Source of the DNA: Lepidodermella squamata
Taxonomy: Eukaryota; Animalia; Gastrotricha
NCBI GenBank assembly: GCA_047495785.1
Contig: JBLDXI010000024.1
Span: forward strand, 3,534,001 to 3,598,000
DNA length: 64,000 nt
Reading direction: 5' to 3'
Shown here: positions 55,138 through 64,000 of the stretch, piece after piece
How the letters are laid out: each line of letters begins with the position of its first letter
How positions within the stretch are numbered: the stretch's first letter is position 1
The notes under the pieces: generated by a model
What the model was told of the DNA's origin: nothing
Database searches by the model: none
The model's input: the letters and a program-made list of their open reading frames with translations, nothing else
Position numbers and translations under genes: made by a program

Positions 55138-58100
55138 ATGGAGCCCTATTCCTTGGGCTTGGTGATAACATTCCTGATCCTTGGTAAGCTGTGCGATATT
55201 TTCATAGGAAAATCGGCGAATTTATATATTTTCCCAGATTTTAGCCCAGGTGTAAAGACCCAGTGTCCGTCTACTTTCCCAACGCCACCGAACTACGCGC
55301 TACCGGATACGTACGACGTCACTAATGGAGCTGTTATCAACTATTACTGCCCAGCGCATTTCGTCAGGTTGCAATTTCATTATTTCAAAATTTTAACTTT
55401 GGACTTCACTGTAACAGCTCGTATAAGGACAAGTTTACCCGTAGCGCTGGGAAACTCACCTGCACTGGAACGACTTGGAAACCTGATTTTAATAATTGCG
55501 AGCGTGAGCTTATCTTGTGTCCTTTGAAAAAAAATTCCATATTTAATTTGATTGATGGACGAGTTTCAGCGTGGTCATTTATTGCTTTGACCTAGATTCG
55601 AAGGTCTTGTGATTTAATTTAGGTCACGCACAACTCTTCTGCGCACTATAATTATTTCTTTTTCTAGCTGCTTCATGTTACCCGCCGTGCACTGATGAGG
55701 GTGTGTGTAAATGCGGTCGTTACAGTTGCCGCTGCGAGTGCAACCCACCCTACACCGGAGCCGATTGCAGCATCGATTTCTCGCAGCTGCCGAAATACCA
55801 GAACGCAGCGCTTTTCTACGCATTCGGCGACCCGCATTGGATAGCGCAGCCGGACAAGAGCCTAACCGAGCCTTTCGTCATGGATTTGACCGGCCAGGGC
55901 AGGCACGGCCAGATAAAGAGCAACCAGAATCGCAGGCCGCATCTTACTTCATACGCGCTGGGCTGCACCGCCGCCTCGGCCGGCGGCCGTGGTTACATGG
56001 CGATGTCATTTACCGAAAACCCAACCCCGCTACCTATCAACGGCTGGGTTGAATGCGTAGATCCGACTTACTCATTCGCAAACATCTCAATAACCTCATC
56101 GTCCAAGCTGACATACATGTGGTTTTACGATAAACACGTAAATGCCGAATCGTTGTTTCTCAATTACAAGTCTTCAGCGTCAAGCGCTGGAGTCACGCTG
56201 TCGACAACCAACGCCCAGCCGTTATTGTACTATACGAGTGGTGGAACTTATGCCTCGAAGTCAGTGCCATCGGGCTATGCCACATCCATGGGGATTGGTT
56301 ACTGCTACAGTTTGTTGCACTTCGAAATTGACATGACAACTCCGGCGTTCCAAGCTGAAATTGATAGTGCAGCATTGAAAAGCGCATCGATAACTGGTAT
56401 AAGCAATTCGAATACGAACGGGTTTTACCTGGGTTACAACAGTAACGCTGCCTCGCTGGCTGCTCCAACAAATGCTTTTATTTCGGGCGGAATTTCTGGG
56501 TTCGCAATTTACAACACAGTTGGCCTAACCTTGACAGACCGCAGCGACTACGACAATTTCGTCCGAGATGCTTACGGAAGTGCGTTTCATTAGTTTTCGA
56601 TATTTTTTACTACTTTTACAGCGTGTCCCACAAGTTGCGCAATAATTTTTTTTATTTTGACACAATATTTTGAATTTTTCTAGAAATTTGAACTAATTTT
56701 GTGAAATTAAGCCCATTTGGGGAATCTTCTATTCTTTATCCACTCATAATTTACCGAAGAAATAAAAAATTTACTAGAGAAAACCCTGAAAGCCTTGATA
56801 GTCACTGGTTCGGTAATATTCGGGTTTTACATGGTTGGATCAAATTTCTTCGGATTTTTTTTAATCCTATTAGCAAAAGACGTACTTAAATACTATTTTA
56901 TATGGCATTTACGATTTTTCTAAGATTTTCCGCTCTCATTTTAGACGTCTCATGGATCCTTTCCTTTTGGGTTACTTATGGGACATGTTGAATTCATGTT
57001 TTGTTTCCTATTTTTCGAATTTTAGAAAATTTTAATCTCTCTAATTTTTATTTTTTCATCATAATTATTCGAATTTTTTATTTAGCGGGAAGTGCTTATT
57101 TGCCGAATAACCTCGCTACAATGGTGCCGTGTAATGTCCCACCTACGAACATGCTCTACGGCATTCCTCTCCAAATGTTGATCAATCTAGCAACCGGGCA
57201 AAAGATCGACTACTACAGCCTGGGTTTTTACATGTCCGGAGTGAGTCAAATTCATCAGGATTTTAATTTAGAGGATTAACGTTTTCCCGAATTAGACTTC
57301 TCGGTCGCTGAGCGCAACCTGCTCCGCCACAGGCTGGACGAAAGCAGCAACTGGATTCGATCAGGCGGCATGTAAATTTGAACATTTTATTTTTCGATTA
57401 TTTTGTAAGAAATTTTAGTGTCAACATGCAACCCTCTTTGCCAAAATGTGGGCACTTGCGATTGCCTTGCTTCTGGGAAATGTTGGTGTACTTGCCCGAC
57501 GAATTATGCCGGGCAAGATTGTTCAATCAGTCGCGGTAATTTGATGATATTTTCTCCGAAATTGGAAATTATTTATTGATCCGAAATTATAAAGCAAACC
57601 TCGGCACGGGAGTCATTGCATTTTGGCCGATGATGAGCGACGCTATTAAGCCGCAGTCGAGCACGGTATTCGCAGCAGAGGACATGTCCAGTTCTGCGAA
57701 TGATCTTGTCCTTGGAAATATTGGTAGAAAATTTCAAATGTATTCTTCTATTCATTGATTCTCAAATTTTGAATAGCCCTGACTTCTGGACCTTTCACTG
57801 GAGGTGACACTGCTTACACTGGAATTTATTTGAAGTGAGTTCGAATATTTACTCCGTTAATTTTTATATGATTTATAATTTAAATCTTAATTTAATTTTA
57901 ATTTTTCAATTTTTCAACTTCGAAATTTTTAATTTGTTGTTAATTTATTATATTTTTAATTGTTTTAATTTTTAATTTTTCAATTTTTTGCAATTTTAGT
58001 GAGCTTCGAGCCGTCGCACTTGGCCAGGCGTTGAATCCTCCCCCGATTGTAGCTACCACATCCTTTACGATTTTATTCTACTTCAAATACACGGAAGCTC

Positions 58101-61100
58101 CATCGAATAAACAACGGCCGCTATTTTTCTACACCAGCCCAGCCAATTCGCCGCTGTCGTCCGTTTCTTTCATCCTCGACGATACAACCGGGGCGATTCA
58201 ATTCCAGCCCGACCAGGTCGTTTTGCATCACGAAGGCGTGACATTTTCCGATAATTGGGGCACGTGGATTCCGGCTAAAATTGCATATAATGCCACCGCC
58301 CAAATGATGGGAACCGCGTCGTTCGACGACCATCCACTGACGACAACGCCGGTTACGGTTGCTTCGGTGACTGGGACGACGTTTTTCGTCGGTTACCGCG
58401 ACGATACGGATACGGTGGCTGAGATTGCGATATCGTGTGTTGGCATCTATAACACGATTTACTCGTCAACTCTAGCGCAACAACACGGGCAAAGCTGCGG
58501 CTTATTTGCAAAGCGAAGTAATATTTAGCTTGAGAGACTTAAAATTAGCATAAATGGAAAATCATTGGAAAATTTCAAAAAATCTCAAAAAATTATAGGT
58601 GAAGTTCTTGAAGTTGACCTCTGACGAAAGCTTACGAGACTGGTCATTTTTCATTAAAAATGACTAAAATTACCCTACGTCGCGGTATACAGCGTGTTCT
58701 ATAAGTAACACAAACAGAAAAATTACCCGGAAATTGGTTCAGAAACTTTAAAATGAGAGAAAACGTCACATCTCATAGCCAGAGAAATCTTGGAGAAATC
58801 TTGGAAAGTTTCAACATTTGAAAAATCCGGAGAAATTCGGTCTAACCGGCTAAAATACCGAAAAATACCGAATCAGTTACCATGAGAGTTTTTCGGGTTT
58901 TCCCAGTAAATTTTTAATTTTATCGGGGTGAAATCTCGGATGAAGAATGAAAAATTCTCCAGGTATGTTTAATTTAAAAGATAGCTGAATTTCCAGCAAA
59001 AATATGCAAAATTTGAAAATGGTTGCGCAATTATGGCGCATGCTTTATAGTCTGGAAAATAATTCGATATTATTGTCTCAATTTTTCTAGAATGCCCGGC
59101 TCTAGCGGCGGTTTCAACGCTGCCAAACGCTGTTACGACTGGTATAACAAACTACGGTGGGTAGAAATTTTCACGAACAATTGAATTTTATAAATTTTCC
59201 TATAATTCATAGCAAATCAAGCTGTTACTTATACATGCTATAACGGCTACAAATGGAGCCTGTCAGGATACGTAACTCAGAAAGCGAGAATGAACTGTTA
59301 TCAAACAACCGCATCAATGCTACCAACTCTGTAAATCATCTAGAACTACAGGGACCGGCAGAAGTTATTCTACAGACGCATTACTTATTATCATTATTGT
59401 CATCATTAGGAGTCATGTGACCGTCAATTTCTTCAACTTCTTCAACCCCATACGCGAAATTTCGGCACGAAATTGAAGAAGTTGAAGAAATTGACGGTCA
59501 CATGACTCCTAATGATGACAATAATGATAATAAGTAATGCGTCTGTAGAATAACTTCTGCCGGTCCCTGTAAATGAATTAAATATTATGTCATCTATATT
59601 TTTTTTTAGTTACTGGAATGAGGGCACCGCTAGCGGTTATTACGGTTCTTGTACAGGTAACTCTTGCTAGGGCATCTTTTAGACTTACATTATGGAAAAT
59701 TTCAAAATAGCCCACACGACTTGCTTTCCAACATGCGTAGCCGGCCAGGGAAGTAAGTTGCAAATATTCGTGGCTTGAAATGGGGTTTCAAAACAATATT
59801 TCAGCGTGTTCCTCGTCTGGATCGCCCAAGACTTGTACCTGTAATTCAGGATTCGCTGGTGTAGATTGTTCGATATGTATGTTTGGATTGAAATTTTAAT
59901 TTTAATAAATAAATAAATAAATAAATTTAATTTAATTAATTTTAATTTAATTGCTTTTTAATTAAAATATTTGTTTCAGCTCTAAATTTATTCCCGACGA
60001 GATGCAACCTGGTCTCGCTGTGGCCTTTGACCTCGAACCAAATCGATTCCTCAGGCCGTTTAGTCGATATCATGTCCCCGACCAACTTCGCTATCTTCGA
60101 CCGAACCGCCGTTTATTTCCCGGACAACGGACCCTTCTCAGCCCCGAGCGGCCTCGGCTGGGGCCCCCTTGAAATTCAACCAACCACCCCGGCTGGTTCG
60201 GTGAAAGTTCAGTCAACCGCAGCGCCGTTCCAGCTCGATGCGCCTTGGACGATTTCGGCCTACGTTCGATTCAGCCCGACCGCGACGTGGTCAGCTTCCT
60301 ACCCTTTCATCGCGTACAAAAACGACGGAGTTGCCTCGAACTCGCCGATAATCTACCTTGACCCTAATGGCAACGCAATGCTGAAATACACATCTGGAGG
60401 CGTTCAAAGATCGGTAACCTTCCCGAAACCGGGCGCAAGTTGGATTGGCGTTGGTCTAGCCTGGCGATTCGTTTCGTTCGTCTACGATTCGGCAAATCTT
60501 CAAATTATGATGTATATCGATGGAAATAACGGTGGCTGGAGCGCCGCGTTAGCTAACAAACCTGTTTTTCGAGCTGATGAGCTTTGGATTGGGACTTCAG
60601 ATGTTGCGAGTGATTCACCCTTCGAAGGTTCAATCGCGTGTTTATCGATTTATAACTGGGCCTTGACCGCGGCCCAAATCACGCAGCTCGGCCTGGCTTG
60701 CTCGAAGGTTCTAGGATCGACTGCAGTTGTAGCCGCGGCTTCAACGGCTTGTATGGCCTGTACTGCGGCGTCGCTACCCTCGCCGGGTATGTCGATGATC
60801 GATACTAATCAGTATATGATAGCGGCTGGGTCAACTGTTAATTACAAGTCAGTGCCTTTCACGCAATTCGCATCTTCGACGAACCCGGTTCGAACGGCTA
60901 CTGTCACATGTTTAGGTACTACTGGAACTTGGACGGCTTTGACGACTATTAATTCCTTCAGTAAGCTACTCTATTAATTTTGAGTTGCTCTGTTGAATTT
61001 TACCTATTTATTTTTAGGCCGAGCGTGCGATCCGCCGTGTGAAAATGAGTAAGTCTAGAATTAATTGAATATTCCCTAAGCTTGAACTTAGACAAGAATT

Positions 61101-62971
61101 CATTAATTTTAAGGTTATATGAAAGAACTGTATTGAATCTCCTGCTTCAAGCTCAAAGCCGAAAAATTAGTTTGAAATTTATTTAAAATTTAAATTAACT
61201 TTGAAATAACATATCTGATAATAATCTTTTTACTATTATTTTTTAACCCTGTTCAAAATAATAATCATATTGAATAAACACCATGTTTAAATTAATCAAT
61301 TTTAATTTTAATTTTTTTTTCAAATTGAAATGCTGCTGTGGATCCGAAATGGATACCTAGCGCCGCTAGTGTAACGGTATCATACAAGATTCCCATTCTT
61401 GTGACCCGGGTTCGACTCCCGGGCGGCGCAACACGCTTTTTGGAGATTGATTCAACTAGATTAGGTATAATGTAATCGACTTCGGAATCGATTCAATAAT
61501 CGAATCAAAGCAGGGTGCTTCAAGCAGCCCTTGTGGCCTAATGGCAAGGCGTCGGCCTCCTAAGCCGAAGATTGCGGGTTCGAGTCCCGCCGGGGGTGCA
61601 ATATTTTTGAGGACTTGGCTCCTTGGTAATATCAATAATTTTACGCGAGATAGGGTGCGCAAAAAGTATTTCGCCCCCGGTGGGACTCGAACCCACAATC
61701 TTTGAATTAGAAGTCCAACGCCTTGCCATTAGGCCACGAGGGCTGTTGAGAAACCCTGGTCTCAATTCAATCTTCAACCGATCGTGACTGAATCTAATCT
61801 TTAAAAATTCAAAAGATGATGCGCCGCCCGGGAGTCGAACCCGGGTCACAAGAATGGGAATCTTGTATGATGCCGTTACACTAGCGGCGCTTGGTGAATA
61901 AATTCTGCTAGGCGATAGGAAAGGAATTTTTCGCTTTTTAATCAATTTTCTTTTCTAGGGGGAAATGCGTCTGCACCTCTGCGACTTGCTCTTGTGTATG
62001 CAGAGCTGCTTTCACCGGAATCGACTGTGCCTACCCCGTGAGCCTGAACTCAATTCTAACCACCGCAACCGCTTTCTGGCCTCTAACCCTCGATACGACA
62101 GCTTTCATCTCCGGCCAATCAACAGCGATGGCACTGGACGTTTCCGGCAAAAACAACCATTTAGCCGTTGGAACCGGGGTAGCCCGCGATGTGGGCCCTT
62201 GGAGCACCCAGGACAGCGCCGTGCGGCTCCGAAACACAATTCTAACCGGCAGCTCTAACTACCTGGTCTCGAACCTAACAACCACCCTAATGACAGCTGG
62301 AACTAACGCCGCAATCCTATTCTACGTTAAATGGAACGCAAATACTTACAACCAGCCAATTTTCGCGTTTCAAACCCCGGCAGCTTCAACTCAGATGTCG
62401 ATATTAGCCATCGAAGAGTCGAGTGGCCAGTTGCTCCACTCATCCTCCGCAACAGCTAGTTTAATGCCGAATAACGGCGCGGTTTTCACCTCTGGATCTT
62501 GGGTATCAGGCCGGATAAGCTACAGCCCGTCCGGATCTTCGAATAAGTTCGGCTCAGCGACTGGTAGCAACGACCCGTCCAGCTTTTCCACCACTGTAAC
62601 CCTTGCGACTTCGACCAGTTTCGCCCTAGGGTTCGATTCTTGGGCGAAAAGGGGTGCCGATGTTTCGCTGGCTTGTGTAGCAGTTTACGGCGCCTCGGCT
62701 TACGCTACCCCGACTATGGCCCAAAATCACGAACAGGCGTGTCAGATTTTTGCGAAGAAGCGATGTTCGACTGCGCCGTCGCCCGGGACCTTTCAGGTGG
62801 GTCCGGCCACTCTGGCGCCGCTGGCGAACAGCCGCGCTTATTACTGGTGTTATTCGAGTTACCACGTGTCGAATGCGAGGGGTACGACGCTGACTTGCCA
62901 GCATGGCGCAATGTCGTATACGCCGACTAATCCGAGCTGGAGTTCAGCATCGCCTACAAATTGCGTTGCAG
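55138..62971 (+). CDS. Second Sushi-EGF-LamG repeat protein, paralog of 35340..52134 (probably polycystin-1-like); partial, first four units only, expected to continue beyond the window
   Basis: Signal peptide, then P.PP..ALP..YD......INYYCPAHFV, F.DPH.IAQP.K, FTILFYFK, FQLDAPWTISAYVRF, collinear with the first gene; last visible donor at 62972. Confidence 0.85.
56619..56990 (+). mobile_element. Degenerate Tc1/mariner-type MITE (TA-CAGCGTGTCCC end), intronic
   Basis: Imperfect TIRs; internal sequence is homologous to the reverse complement of 58690-59046. Confidence 0.55.
58690..59046 (-). mobile_element. Second, inverted copy of the same degenerate MITE family
   Basis: Left end TA-CAGCGTGTTCTATAAGTAAC; internal aaaaatttact..gaaaacc...ttcggta block shared with 56619-56990. 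Confidence 0.55.
59349..59569. mobile_element. Foldback MITE: perfect 97-bp TIRs starting CAGGG, 27-nt spacer, TA target duplication
   Basis: 59347-59445 is the exact reverse complement of 59473-59571, including the flanking TA. Confidence 0.9.
61360..61430 (+). tRNA. tRNA-Gly (CCC)
   Basis: GCGCCGC acceptor stem, CAAGA-TTCCCAT-TCTTG anticodon arm, GGTTCGACTCC T-arm, downstream T-run. Confidence 0.96.
61527..61598 (+). tRNA. tRNA-Arg (CCT)
   Basis: TGGCCTAATGG A-box, TCGGC-CTCCTAA-GCCGA anticodon arm, GGTTCGAGTCC, downstream T-run. Confidence 0.93.
61672..61743 (-). tRNA. tRNA-Arg (TCT), intronless
   Basis: Reverse strand reads GCCCTCGTGGCCTAATGG...TTGGA-CTTCTAA-TTCAA...GGTTCGAGTCCCACCGGGGGCG, then a T-run. 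Confidence 0.93.
61820..61890 (-). tRNA. tRNA-Gly (CCC)
   Basis: Reverse complement of 61360-61430 with one D-loop substitution. Confidence 0.96.
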
Positions 62972-62990
62972 GTGGGGATTTTCTAAATTA

Positions 62991-63328
62991 CCGTAATTTT
63001 CAGTATAAAGGCCGCGGCGAGTAATTTTCCTGTTTTCCGAGAAATGGGTCAAAATTGCGGCGATTAATCGGGTGCGGTCTTTATTCGAGTGCGGCCCTTA
63101 TTTTTCCCAAGTTTCGATTTTGATAGGCAGCATTGTATTTCCCCTGGAAGTCTATAAAGGGTGTCAGCGTGCGGCTTAAGGTCGCTGAGACCTAATCGCT
63201 TGAACAGTGCGGTGATTAAACGAGTGCGGCCTTTATTAACATCCAAAGTTGGTTTTAAGGGTGATTTTTCAGCGATTATTCACGTGCGGCCTTTATTCGG
63301 GTAGCGGCCTTTATACTGAAAATTACGG
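62991..63328. mobile_element. pogo/Tc2-like MITE, 25-bp TIR CCGTAATTTTCAGTATAAAGGCCGC, TA target duplication, subterminal GTGCGGCC repeats
   Basis: TIRs at 62991-63015 and 63304-63328, each flanked by TA. Confidence 0.85.
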
Positions 63329-63920
63329 TATTCTCCAACAAACATCAAGTCTGAATTTGCTTATATTAATCCTTGAAATCGAAAATATTTTCCAAAATTT
63401 AATGTTCAGGAATTTTTTTATTTCGGCTTCTAGTAAATTTTTTAAAGCTTGAATTTGCAATTATTTTTTACTACATAATTATTAAGACGAAGGTGCGGTC
63501 AAAGTATTTTTTGTATTTTTCAAGGGGAATTTACGGCAAAAAACTTGAAACTATTGTTGAGTTGTCATTTCAAATTTGCTTTTCAACTTCAAAAAGCAAG
63601 GCGGGCTGATGTAGTCGATTTTCTCAAAGAAGCACGTTTAAGATCAAAAATTCAGTTGTACTAAAACACCCTGAAAATACGAATATCAGGGTTAATAGCT
63701 TTTATCAAAACATATGATTTTTTATCACTCAAATTCCCTATTGTACCAACAAAATTTAACTTCGAATGCTGTTGTTTCTTTAGAAGGCTATGGGCAAAAA
63801 TTGTTGGGGTAATGTTAGCAAATACAAGAAAGTGTATGTCCTATGGTTGGGAAGTTTGATTGGTACATTTTCAAACTTTAATTGAGACAGTATTATAATA
63901 CTTTTCCTTGTAAACACGAA

Positions 63921-63991
63921 GCGCCGCTAGTGTAACGGTATCATACAAGATTCCCATTCTTGTGAACCGGGTTCGACTCCCGGGCGGCGCA
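63921..63991 (+). tRNA. tRNA-Gly (CCC)
   Basis: Near-identical to the other two copies; 3' trailer TCATCTTTT is identical to that of 61820-61890. Confidence 0.95.
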
Positions 63992-64000
63992 TCATCTTTT

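Noticed and set aside
58616-58650. Hammerhead-like CTGACGA...GAGACTGGTC
   Set aside because: GAAA core is mutated to GAGA, and helices I and II do not form properly; at most a decayed remnant.
61456-61945. ORFs 61456..61698 and 61538..61945
   Set aside because: Spurious translations of tRNA genes.

Overview
Compact, intron-rich animal (invertebrate) genomic DNA, mostly 45-60 nt GT-AG introns; the species cannot be identified from sequence alone. Left third: the 3' part of a GC-rich hAT transposon ending just upstream of UBE2H, then CAPZA (minus). These are followed by a tightly spaced co-directional run KRR1 - METAP2a - METAP2b - NTAQ1 - TRABD that looks like a trans-spliced eukaryotic operon. 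Middle: a minimal hammerhead ribozyme motif, two tandem CYP3-clan P450s flanking a catalytically truncated Sola-like transposase gene, foldback hairpins and a RING/TRAF-type zinc-finger gene. Right half, the most striking part: a candidate sensory-receptor locus of two head-to-head gene pairs. Pair 1 is a secreted Cys-rich EB-module protein facing a roughly 5,000-aa polycystin-1-like protein. Its ectodomain has nine Sushi-EGF-LamG units, and its GPS autoproteolysis site is degenerate but carries an inserted furin-type RYRR site. Pair 2 is an orphan Cys-loop channel fused to an N-terminal LamG domain and Thr-rich stalk, facing a second Sushi-EGF-LamG paralog that runs off the window. Introns of that paralog hold MITEs and a mirror-symmetric tRNA cassette (Gly-CCC, Arg-CCT, Arg-TCT, Gly-CCC). 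Exon boundaries were read by eye, and family calls rest on remembered motifs, not database searches.
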